This document shows positions 8,912 to 16,747 of a DNA stretch of 16,747 nucleotides, piece by piece. Where the stretch lies: IMG/VR virus record IMGVR_UViG_2703718841_000001. One strand, given 5' to 3'. The DNA is from a virus (taxonomy: Duplodnaviria; Heunggongvirae; Uroviricota; Caudoviricetes). The notes beneath the pieces are model-generated. The model saw nothing but the letters and a program-made list of their open reading frames with translations. It did not search any database and was not told where the DNA came from. The position numbers and the translations under genes were made by a program. The stretch's first letter is position 1, and each line of letters opens with the position of its first letter.

Positions 8912-8961
8912 TCTTGTAATGTTAACTATCAGAAATTCTTGTAATGTTAACTATCAGAAAT
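8912..8961. repeat. Perfect tandem direct repeat, 2 x 25 bp (TCTTGTAATGTTAACTATCAGAAAT)
   Basis: Unit at 8912-8936 is repeated exactly at 8937-8961. Contains palindromic GTTAAC. A 12-bp inverted copy (AGTTAACATTAC) occurs at 7079-7090. Confidence 0.95.
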
Positions 8962-9039
8962 GATACAAAGATAATATGTCTTTAAAGAAAAGGCTGATGG
9001 CGAAAAGTGGCCCGATGAGGGCCACAATACGGCTGTCAC

Positions 9040-9372
9040 TTAGACGTAAATATCAATGGTGCCAGCGGTATTTGTATCGTCTTTTTTCTCTTCTTTTTTA
9101 TCAGGCTGAACTGTCGCGTCTTCATTCTTTTTCTCTGCCTGCTGCCTTAACAACTGCTCCAGTTGAGCCCAGAGGCTTTCAATTTGCTTCTGTACCAATG
9201 CAGCCATTTCTTTTTTCTGCTGTGTCGTCATCCCCTCTTCCGATGAGATTTTCCCAAGCTTTTCAGTCAGCACCTGAATTTGTCTTGTGATTTTGGCTAT
9301 TTCTGATGTTCCTTCCGGGGCGGAGTTGTTTGAAATAACGGTTGAGGTATTTCCCTGAATTGTGACAGACAT
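9040..9372 (-). CDS. flxA: FlxA-like protein (flagellar-regulon member of Qin prophage)
   Basis: 110-codon ORF; coiled-coil, Lys/Glu-rich product matching FlxA as I recall it. AAGGAG SD upstream of ATG (9372). Sigma-28 promoter immediately upstream. Confidence 0.85.
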   Translation of the reverse strand: MSVTIQGNTSTVISNNSAPEGTSEIAKITRQIQVLTEKLGKISSEEGMTTQQKKEMAALVQKQIESLWAQLEQLLRQQAEKKNEDATVQPDKKEEKKDDTNTAGTIDIYV

Positions 9373-9395
9373 AGATTTCTCCTTTTAAAAAAGCA

Positions 9396-9422
9396 CTATC
9401 GGCATGCACAAAAAAATCTTTA
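9396..9422 (-). promoter_or_regulatory. Sigma-28 (FliA) promoter for flxA
   Basis: On the minus strand: TAAAGATT (9415-9422), 11-nt spacer, GCCGATAG (9396-9403). Consensus is TAAAGTTT-N11-GCCGATAA. Lies about 25 nt upstream of the flxA start. Confidence 0.75.
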
Positions 9423-9574
9423 ATCGTATTTCTTGTGTCATTAATTGTTTGATGTTCAGATTGTTTTCCTCGCGGGCTGGCGCGCCTCAGAAAGTAAAGC
9501 TTGTTGACAGGGGTAAACGTTCGGCAATAATTTTCTGCCGCATGCGGGTGTTGCATAAAACGTGTTACGTTCCT

Positions 9575-9880
9575 TTATCGACAGGTCAGGTCACCGCTCA
9601 CCCGCCGACGAGAAAGCAACACTGACATGCTAAAGCAAAAAATAGATGAATAAGTTGAGTTGTGCATATGTAGCCTGACCGTCACAAAGTATATGGTGTC
9701 TGTACCAGTAAGATGATGACCGGACTCTTTAAAAACGAGCTGACCTGCACAATACAGGATGGACTTAGCAATGGCTGCTCCTGGCACAAAGCGGACAGTG
9801 ATCACCGTTCTTACGACTACTTTCTGACTTCCTTCGTGACTTGCCCTAAGCATGTTGTAGTGCGATACTTGTAATGACAT
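9575..9880 (-). CDS. ydfV: Hypothetical ORF, ydfV-like by length and position (doubtful gene)
   Basis: 101-codon ORF between flxA and relB, matching the length and position of ydfV in Qin as I recall it. Its start codon lies inside the relBE operator; no SD. Coding status doubtful. Confidence 0.25.
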   Translation of the reverse strand: MSLQVSHYNMLRASHEGSQKVVVRTVITVRFVPGAAIAKSILYCAGQLVFKESGHHLTGTDTIYFVTVRLHMHNSTYSSIFCFSMSVLLSRRRVSGDLTCR

Positions 9881-9893
9881 TTGTAATTACAAG
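9868..9893 (+). promoter_or_regulatory. relBE operator/promoter region (relO-like inverted repeat)
   Basis: CTTGTAATGACATTTGTAATTACAAG, an inverted repeat around TTGTAAT, directly upstream of the relB SD (GAGGTG) and ATG at 9905. Confidence 0.7.
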
Positions 9894-9904
9894 AGGTGTA
9901 AGAC

Positions 9905-10144
9905 ATGGGTAGCATTAACCTGCGTATTGACGATGAACTTAAAGCGCGTTCTTACGCCGCGCTTGAAAAAATGGGTGTAACTCCTTCTGAAGCGCTTCGT
10001 CTCATGCTCGAGTATATCGCTGACAATGAACGCTTGCCGTTCAAACAGACACTCCTGAGTGATGAAGATGCTGAACTTGTGGAGATAGTGAAAGAACGGC
10101 TTCGTAATCCTAAGCCAGTACGTGTGACGCTGGATGAACTCTGA
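9905..10144 (+). CDS. relB: RelB antitoxin (type II TA)
   Basis: 79-codon ORF, MGSINLRIDDELKARSYAALEKMGVTPSEALRLMLEYI…; stop overlaps relE start (TGATG). Confidence 0.92.
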   Translation: MGSINLRIDDELKARSYAALEKMGVTPSEALRLMLEYIADNERLPFKQTLLSDEDAELVEIVKERLRNPKPVRVTLDEL

Positions 10145-10431
10145 TGGCGTATTTTCTGGATTTTGACGAGCGGGCACTAAAGGAATGGCGAAAGCTGGGC
10201 TCGACGGTACGTGAACAGTTGAAAAAGAAGCTGGTTGAAGTACTTGAGTCACCCCGGATTGAAGCAAACAAGCTCCGTGGTATGCCTGATTGTTACAAGA
10301 TTAAGCTCCGGTCTTCAGGCTATCGCCTTGTATACCAGGTTATAGACGAGAAAGTTGTCGTTTTCGTGATTTCTGTTGGGAAAAGAGAACGCTCGGAAGT
10401 ATATAGCGAGGCGGTCAAACGCATTCTCTGA
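10144..10431 (+). CDS. relE: RelE toxin (ribosome-dependent mRNA interferase, type II TA)
   Basis: 95-codon ORF, MAYFLDFDERALKEWRKLGSTVREQLKKKL…; overlaps relB stop by 1 nt. Confidence 0.92.
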   Translation: MAYFLDFDERALKEWRKLGSTVREQLKKKLVEVLESPRIEANKLRGMPDCYKIKLRSSGYRLVYQVIDEKVVVFVISVGKRERSEVYSEAVKRIL

Positions 10432-10502
10432 ACCAAAGCATGACATCTCTGTTTCGCACCGAAGGTGACACTTCTGCTTTGCGTTGACAGGAGAAGCAGG
10501 CT

Positions 10503-10658
10503 ATGAAGCAGCAAAAGGCGATGTTAATCGCCCTGATCGTCATCTGTTTAACCGTCATAGTGACGGCACTGGTAACGAGGAAAGACCTCTGCGAGGTACG
10601 AATCCGAACCGGCCAGACGGAGGTCGCTGTCTTCACAGCTTACGAACCTGAGGAGTAA
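10503..10658 (+). CDS. hokD: Hok-family type I toxin (HokD/RelF)
   Basis: Found by direct reading; below the ORF-track length cutoff. ATG 10503, product MKQQKAMLIALIVICLTVIVTALVTRKDLCEVRIRTGQTEVAVFTAYEPEE (51 aa), stop 10656-10658. GGAGAAG SD upstream. Confidence 0.85.
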   Translation: MKQQKAMLIALIVICLTVIVTALVTRKDLCEVRIRTGQTEVAVFTAYEPEE

Positions 10659-10726
10659 GAGACCCGGCGGGGGAGAAATCCCTCGCCACCTCTGATGTGG
10701 CAGGCATCCTCAACGCACCCGCACTT

Positions 10727-10753
10727 AACCCGCTTCGGCGGGTTTTTGTTTTT
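10727..10753 (+). terminator. Rho-independent terminator downstream of hokD
   Basis: Stem CCCGC / GCGGG with TTCG loop (10729-10742), followed by TTTTTGTTTTT. Confidence 0.75.
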
Positions 10754-10874
10754 ATTTTCAACGCGTTTGAAGTTCTGGACGGTGCCGGAATAGAATCAAA
10801 AATACTTAAGTAGCGCGCAGGGATAAGAGGGATGGTCCCTTAAAGGGGAGAGCTAATTATCCGGAAGGATTCTG

Positions 10875-11126
10875 ATGATGAACATCGAAGAACTGCGTAA
10901 AATTTTTTGTGAAGATGGCCTCTATGCTGTGTGCGTTGAAAATGGAAATCTTGTTAGTCATTACCGCATTATGTGTTTGCGAAAGAATGGGGCTGCGTTA
11001 ATTAATTTTGTGGATGCTCGGGTCACGGACGGATTTATCTTGCGCGAAGGTGAGTTTGTCACTTCATTACAGGCATTGAAAGAGATCGGAATAAAAGCTG
11101 GCTTTTCTGCTTTTTCAGGAGAATAA
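10875..11126 (+). CDS. rem: Rem-like small protein (Qin prophage)
   Basis: 83-codon ORF in the position of rem, after hokD and before ydfU, in the Qin gene order as I recall it. Function unknown. Confidence 0.7.
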   Translation: MMNIEELRKIFCEDGLYAVCVENGNLVSHYRIMCLRKNGAALINFVDARVTDGFILREGEFVTSLQALKEIGIKAGFSAFSGE

Positions 11127-11192
11127 ACTCATCTACAATCTTGCGCGGGGCTGAACTCCCGCTGAGTAACACCGTGCCACCGGAGAAAACCG

Positions 11193-11471
11193 ATGGCACG
11201 CAACGCAAAATATTACAATTCTGATAATTCGCCCGTTCTTGCCTGCACGCACGGGCGGTATTCTCACGCATTCAAGTCTGAATGGTTCCAGCACCCTCCA
11301 TGCACTGCAGAACAGGCCGAATGGCTGATTCATTCTTACCGCAGGCGCGGGTTCGAGGTTAAGAAAGCTCTCAGTCTCGACTATCGGCACTGGATAATCT
11401 CTGTCAGGCTGCCTTATTCCGAACGCCCACCACGTGCGTCCCGCACTTTCCAGCAACGGATCTGGAGGTAA
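11193..11471 (+). CDS. Hypothetical protein (92 aa), translationally coupled to ydfU
   Basis: ATG 11193 with GGAG about 8 nt upstream. Stop TAA 11469-11471 lies 1 nt before the GTG start of the next gene. SD and start sit in opposite arms of an imperfect inverted repeat. Confidence 0.5.
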   Translation: MARNAKYYNSDNSPVLACTHGRYSHAFKSEWFQHPPCTAEQAEWLIHSYRRRGFEVKKALSLDYRHWIISVRLPYSERPPRASRTFQQRIWR

Positions 11472-11472
11472 C

Positions 11473-12522
11473 GTGCGGGTATTACTTAGACCTGTTCTGG
11501 TGCCTGAGCTTGGGCTGGTGGTCCTTAAGCCGGGCCGTGAATCCATACAGATATTTCATAATCCTCGAGTGCTGGTGGAACCGGAACCAAAAAGCATGCG
11601 TAATCTGCCATCCGGAGTCGTTCCTGCCGTTCGCCAGCCGCTGGCGGAAGACAAAACATTGCTGCCGTTTTTTAGTAACGAACGGGTGATTCGTGCTGCT
11701 GGCGGCGTTGGCGCATTGTCCGACTGGCTATTACGTCATGTTACATCCTGCCAGTGGCCTAATGGCGATTACCATCACACTGAAACAGTCATTCACCGTT
11801 ATGGTACCGGCGCAATGGTGTTGTGCTGGCACTGCGACAACCAACTGCGTGACCAGACATCGGAATCACTGGAGCTGCTTGCTCAACAAAATCTGACAGC
11901 ATGGGTGATTGACGTCATCCGTCACGCAATAAGCGGTACGCAGGAGCGGGAATTATCTTTGGCTGAATTATCCTGGTGGGCGGTCTGCAATCAGGTGGTG
12001 GATGCACTACCTGAGGCTGTATCGCGTCGTTCGCTGGGATTACCAGCGGAAAAAATCTGCTCGGTGTACCGCGAAAGCGACATCGTACCGGGAGAGCAGA
12101 CCGCCACCAGCATATTGAAACAACGCACAAAAAATCTTGCACCGTTGCCTTACGCCCACCAGCAACAAAAATCACCACAGGAAAAGACGGTGGTAAGCAT
12201 CACCGTTGATCCAGAGTCTCCGGAATCTTTCATGAAGCTGCCTAAACGTCGCCGCTGGGTTAAGGAGAAATACACACGTTGGGTTAAGACACAGCCGTGT
12301 GCTTGCTGCGGTATGCCAGCCGACGATCCGCATCATCTGATTGGTCACGGGCAGGGCGGAATGGGAACAAAAGCACATGATCTCTTTGTGTTGCCTTTGT
12401 GCAGAAAGCATCACAACGAGCTGCATACGGATACAGTGGCATTTGAAGATAAGTATGGCTCCCAACTGGAGCTGATATTTCGTTTTATCGATCGCGCGCT
12501 GGCAATTGGCGTACTGGCGTAA
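11473..12522 (+). CDS. ydfU: YdfU-like DUF968 protein with C-terminal Cys/His (HNH-like) motif
   Basis: Track ORF 11434..12522; preferred start GTG 11473 with GGAGG 4 nt upstream, giving 349 aa. C-terminus CACCG…DDPHHLIGHG…LPLCRKHHNELH. Confidence 0.75.
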   Translation: MRVLLRPVLVPELGLVVLKPGRESIQIFHNPRVLVEPEPKSMRNLPSGVVPAVRQPLAEDKTLLPFFSNERVIRAAGGVGALSDWLLRHVTSCQWPNGDYHHTETVIHRYGTGAMVLCWHCDNQLRDQTSESLELLAQQNLTAWVIDVIRHAISGTQERELSLAELSWWAVCNQVVDALPEAVSRRSLGLPAEKICSVYRESDIVPGEQTATSILKQRTKNLAPLPYAHQQQKSPQEKTVVSITVDPESPESFMKLPKRRRWVKEKYTRWVKTQPCACCGMPADDPHHLIGHGQGGMGTKAHDLFVLPLCRKHHNELHTDTVAFEDKYGSQLELIFRFIDRALAIGVLA

Positions 12523-12535
12523 GTGGAGAACGAGC

Positions 12536-13288
12536 ATGAACCTTGAAGCCTTACCAAAATATTACTCCCCAAAATCTCCAAAATTGAGCGATGACGCTCC
12601 AGCGACAGGCACCGGTTGTTTAACAATTACGGATGTAATGGCAGCGCAGGGGATGGTGCAGTCGAAAGCACCACTTGGGTTGGCCTTATTTCTGGCAAAA
12701 GTTGGTGTTCAGGACCCTCAGTTTGCGATTGAAGGCCTGCTAAATTACGCGATGGCACTGGATAACCCGACATTGAACAAATTGAGTGAAGAAATCCGGT
12801 TACAGATTATTCCTTACCTCGTGAGTTTTGCCTTTGCTGATTACTCCAGGTCTGCGGCAAGTAAGGCTCGCTGTGAGCATTGTTCAGGTACGGGATTTTA
12901 TAATGTATTGCGCGAAGTGGTGAAACACTACAGACGCGGGGAATCTGTAATCAAGGAAGAATGGGTGAAGGAACTATGTCAGCATTGCCATGGTAAGGGC
13001 GAAGCCAGCACAGCGTGCAGAGGGTGTAAGGGTAAAGGGATTGTTCTGGATGAAAAAAGAACCCGGTTTCATGGCGTACCGGTATATAAGATTTGTGGGC
13101 GTTGTAATGGAAACCGGTTTAGTCGTTTACCGACCACGCTGGCACGACGTCATGTCCAGAAGCTGGTACCAGACCTGACCGATTATCAGTGGTATAAGGG
13201 GTATGCGGACGTCATTGGTAAACTGGTAACAAAGTGCTGGCAGGAAGAAGCATACGCGGAAGCGCAATTGAGGAAGGTGACGAGATAA
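12536..13288 (+). CDS. quuQ: Late-gene antiterminator Q (phage 21/Qin type)
   Basis: Track ORF 12506..13288; preferred start ATG 12536 with GGAG 8 nt upstream (250 aa). Cys-rich zinc-binding region CEHCSGTG…CQHCHGKG…CRGCKGKG…CGRCNGN. Lies directly upstream of a late-promoter/terminator module. Confidence 0.85.
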   Translation: MNLEALPKYYSPKSPKLSDDAPATGTGCLTITDVMAAQGMVQSKAPLGLALFLAKVGVQDPQFAIEGLLNYAMALDNPTLNKLSEEIRLQIIPYLVSFAFADYSRSAASKARCEHCSGTGFYNVLREVVKHYRRGESVIKEEWVKELCQHCHGKGEASTACRGCKGKGIVLDEKRTRFHGVPVYKICGRCNGNRFSRLPTTLARRHVQKLVPDLTDYQWYKGYADVIGKLVTKCWQEEAYAEAQLRKVTR

Positions 13289-13319
13289 ATGATTTTTGCT
13301 GAAGATGGCGACATGATGT

Positions 13320-13348
13320 TTGCATTTTTCAAAAAATATGGATAAAAT
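13320..13348 (+). promoter_or_regulatory. Candidate late promoter (PR'-like) downstream of Q
   Basis: TTGCAT (13320-13325), 17-nt spacer, TAAAAT (13343-13348). Position matches the Q-utilisation site of lambdoid phages; a terminator follows about 50 nt downstream. Confidence 0.45.
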
Positions 13349-13397
13349 TTTTTCAACGATGGGCTTTGTATACCCGACGTTAAGAAAAAGTAGAAAA

Positions 13398-13420
13398 CCC
13401 GCTGATGAGCGGGTTTTGTG
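13398..13420 (+). terminator. Rho-independent terminator (candidate tR')
   Basis: Stem CCCGCT / AGCGGG with GATG loop (13398-13413), followed by TTTTGTG. Confidence 0.7.
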
Positions 13421-13709
13421 CTTTAAATGGGGCAATGGTAATGTTGAATCTCATCCCGGGACTCATGTCTGTTAACTTATTATTTAGCTGGTGACTTGGT
13501 TATTTGCCTGATGTTTAAAATGTTTTCTTCCAGTACAATGTCCCTAAACACAATGAGTCTGCTTATTATATTATTAGCAGAGCTATTACGGCCAAAGTAC
13601 AGCATAAGCTTTTAAAGCCAATCAACCAGTCATCAAGACAGACGGGGTTATTCATAAAAACTCTCCATGTGTGATCCGATGGGGCCTGAAATTAAAGCTT
13701 TAATATAGC

Positions 13710-13922
13710 TCATGAAAGGTAAACATTGGCAGCTGAAGGGCCACGCAGACCATTTATCCGGCAAAATTCCACGCGTAATCCGGTGGTAATTTCTTCTGCA
13801 TCGCGGAGATTGAGCGCTGAAACATGAAGCTGGACATCGATACGACCATCGGATGGGGTGATAAGACCCTTGCCGCTTTTGCCGTCAAAGGTTTTGACAA
13901 TTCCTGTCATTTTACGGGACAA
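13710..13922 (-). CDS. cspF: Cold-shock-domain protein CspF
   Basis: 70-codon [47 protein letters not shown]…; CspA-family fold, divergent from cspB as in Qin. Confidence 0.85.
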
Positions 13923-14222
13923 AAAAATTCCTTAATACTGATAACTTGGCGCACTATACACACGTTCCTGAAGAAAGCTATAGTTTTTTGATGGGGTTGA
14001 AGATGGCTGGATGTCTAAAATAAACATTGCTTCATATGTTCAACTATGCGTTAATGATTGCGTCGGTTTGAAGAACAGACGATATACGAAGTAGTTTACT
14101 AAAGCAGTTCTCATTTCAGGTGTTATTCACTTATTCCTTCTTTGAGTCTCTCCAATTAAGTACGAAGTCGTTTCTGTTATGCAAACCATTTATGCCGAAA
14201 GGCTCAAGTTAAGGAATGTAGA

Positions 14223-14438
14223 ATGTCAAATAAAATGACTGGTTTAGTAAAATGGTTTAACGCTGATAAAGGTTTCGGCTTTATTTCTCCTGTTGATGGT
14301 AGTAAAGATGTGTTTGTGCATTTTTCTGCGATTCAGAATGATAATTATCGAACCTTATTTGAAGGTCAAAAGGTTACCTTCTCTATAGAGAGTGGTGCTA
14401 AAGGTCCTGCAGCAGCAAATGTCATCATTACTGATTAA
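14223..14438 (+). CDS. cspB: Cold-shock protein CspB
   Basis: 71-codon [41 protein letters not shown]…, with RNP motifs. Long 5' leader (13923-14222) shared with divergent cspF. Confidence 0.88.
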   Translation: MSNKMTGLVKWFNADKGFGFISPVDGSKDVFVHFSAIQNDNYRTLFEGQKVTFSIESGAKGPAAANVIITD

Positions 14439-14720
14439 AATTCATCGCTCGTCTGTATACGATAACGAAGAAGGCTGATGCCTGAGTAGAGATACGGACA
14501 GAGTAGTGAATATTGGATCTCTTTAATAAAAAGTAAGGAGGTCCAATACATGAAACAATGGCTAGCATATTTGGCAAAATCTTAATCAGGAAAAGTATGC
14601 TAACCATTGTGGTGAAGTGCAGGTTTGCTGCATGAATAGTTTTACAGCAGAAGCTAACTGCTGGCATGGCAAAACAAAGTGCGTAAGTGGATGACTCCCA
14701 CAAAAAGCACCACAATCTCA

Positions 14721-14742
14721 AACCCGCTCAGGCGGGTTTTTT
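14721..14742 (+). terminator. Rho-independent terminator (possibly bidirectional)
   Basis: AACCCGC / GCGGGTT stem with short loop, followed by TTTT. About 285 nt downstream of the cspB stop and about 60 nt beyond the 3' end of minus-strand ynfU. Confidence 0.75.
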
Positions 14743-14801
14743 ATTATCTGCTTTAAATATATTATTAAAATATAAAAAATACTTGTTACTAATAAAATCA
14801 A

Positions 14802-14972
14802 TCAGGCTACAGCTTTAAGATTTGTCTGGAATACTTTGTTGCAATGAGGGCAGATCAAAAGGGCACCTTTTTGTACTCTTGAAAAACTGTGTTCTGACTC
14901 TTGGGTGCAGTTTGGGCAGGAACATTTAACGAGATAATTACGGCGTGATTTTGAGTTTTTACGTTCTGACAT
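14802..14972 (-). CDS. ynfU: Small zinc-ribbon protein (YnfU-like)
   Basis: Track ORF 14802..15023; preferred start ATG 14972 (MSERKNSKSRRNYLVKCSCPNCTQ…CPHCNKVF…, 56 aa) with AGGAAAA upstream. CxxC…CxxC zinc-ribbon pattern. Symbol from memory. Confidence 0.6.
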   Translation of the reverse strand: MSERKNSKSRRNYLVKCSCPNCTQESEHSFSRVQKGALLICPHCNKVFQTNLKAVA

Positions 14973-15191
14973 AGGCTTTTCCTGTATAAATGGCCGTATA
15001 CAGTACACTAAATATGAAAACATTTCTCGTATTATTATTTTATATATGACTTTCTTTCAAAATAATTACCCACATTTTTAATGTGTATGTTTTTTTAGCG
15101 CCGTTGAGAACAACGTGTGCTGTCAAAACTACCCCGTAGACTCCGATCTTTTCAAACATATTGCACCATCCGTGTACATCGGGGTGAGGAT

Positions 15192-15407
15192 ATGAAATCA
15201 ATGGATAAGTTAACAACAGGTGTTGCCTATGGCACATCGGCGGGTAATGCTGGTTTCTGGGCATTGCAGTTACTCGATAAAGTAACTCCGTCACAGTGGG
15301 CTGCAATCGGTGTGCTGGGTAGCCTGGTTTTTGGCCTGCTGACGTATCTGACAAATCTTTATTTCAAGATTAAAGAAGACAGGCGTAAGGCTGCGAGAGG
15401 AGAGTAA
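15192..15407 (+). CDS. essQ: Holin, phage-21 S-type pinholin with dual-start motif
   Basis: Track ORF 15117..15407; real start ATG 15192 ([18 protein letters not shown]…, 71 aa) with GGTGAGGA SD. Two in-frame starts (Met1, Met4), TM segments, charged C-terminal tail. Confidence 0.9.
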   Translation: MKSMDKLTTGVAYGTSAGNAGFWALQLLDKVTPSQWAAIGVLGSLVFGLLTYLTNLYFKIKEDRRKAARGE

Positions 15408-15411
15408 TCCA

Positions 15412-15719
15412 ATGACTCAAGACTATGAACTGGTTGTGAAAGGAGTCCGTAATTTTGAGAATAAAGTTACGGTAACTGTAGCCTTACAGGACAAAGAACG
15501 CTTTGACGGTGAAATTTTTGACCTGGATGTCGCCATGGACCGTGTTGAAGGAGCTGCGCTGGAGTTTTATGAGGCAGCAGCCAGAAGGAGCGTCCGGCAA
15601 GTCTTCCTGGAAGTAGCAGAAAAATTGTCAGAAAAAGTTGAGTCTTATCTGCAGCATCAGTACTCCTTTAAGATTGAAAATCCTGCCAATAAGCACGAGC
15701 GTCCTCATCATAAATATCT

Positions 15720-15723
<4 letters not shown>
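15412..15723 (+). CDS. ydfR: YdfR-like protein (DUF1327) inside the lysis cassette
   Basis: 103-codon ORF between holin and endolysin. Stop overlaps the endolysin start (ATGA). Confidence 0.8.

Positions 15724-16747
<1,024 letters not shown>

Noticed and set aside
7021-8961. Treating the GTTAAC-containing motifs at 7079-7116 and the tandem 25-mers at 8912-8961 as terminal inverted repeats of one 1.9-kb IS
   Set aside because: The left motifs fall inside sequence that aligns with a hok leader, so they are better explained as part of that leader. The IS ends remain unresolved.
8976-9290. Plus-strand 104-codon ORF overlapping flxA
   Set aside because: Antisense to the well-supported flxA frame, which has its own SD and sigma-28 promoter.
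9263-9625. ORFs 9263..9556 (minus) and 9404..9625 (plus) in the flxA-relB spacer
   Set aside because: They overlap the flxA promoter elements; no SD; Cys/Arg-rich products typical of frame artefacts.
9887-10636. Minus-strand ORFs 9887..10267, 10320..10514 and 10415..10636
   Set aside because: Antisense to relB, relE and hokD, all of which are well supported.
11059-12626. Minus-strand ORFs 11059..11271, 11133..11546, 11915..12178, 12172..12537, 12411..12626 and plus ORF 11693..11896
   Set aside because: Antisense to or out of frame within rem, the 92-aa ORF, ydfU and quuQ. Shadow ORFs.
12990-13435. ORFs 12990..13178 (plus) and 13127..13435 (minus)
   Set aside because: Inside or antisense to quuQ and its downstream promoter/terminator module.
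14428-14721. Minus-strand 97-codon ORF antisense to the cspB 3' region
   Set aside because: No SD, hydrophobic low-complexity product, and it spans the plus-strand region with the SD-perfect micro-ORF. Reported that region as a finding instead.

Overview
This window reads as a defective lambdoid prophage of the Escherichia coli Qin type, joined through an IS-type transposase to a different left arm. All calls rest on reading the six-frame translations and the DNA by eye; no database search was run. Left arm (1-4.4 kb, minus strand): tyrosine integrase, excisionase-like protein, an 823-aa exonuclease-like protein with a C-terminal DEDDh domain, and a small signal-peptide protein. Middle (4.4-9.0 kb): a short plus-strand operon ending in a SAM-dependent methyltransferase that looks broken by a stop codon, a decayed AT-rich stretch of small interrupted frames, a 59-aa two-helix membrane protein, an orphan hok/sok-like leader with no hok ORF, the transposase, and a perfect tandem 25-bp repeat. 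Right arm (9.0-16.7 kb), in Qin order: flxA with a sigma-28 promoter, relB-relE-hokD, rem, a 92-aa ORF, ydfU, antiterminator quuQ with a late-promoter/terminator module, cspF/cspB, ynfU-like, then the lysis cassette essQ-ydfR-rrrQ-rzpQ/rzoQ. No tRNA, rRNA or CRISPR array was seen. I do not see a clear, intact, undescribed multi-gene system. The best candidates for follow-up are the orphan hok/sok-like leader beside the transposase, the tandem 25-bp repeat, the small membrane protein, the broken methyltransferase operon, the unusual exonuclease architecture, and a possible small RNA or peptide locus downstream of cspB.
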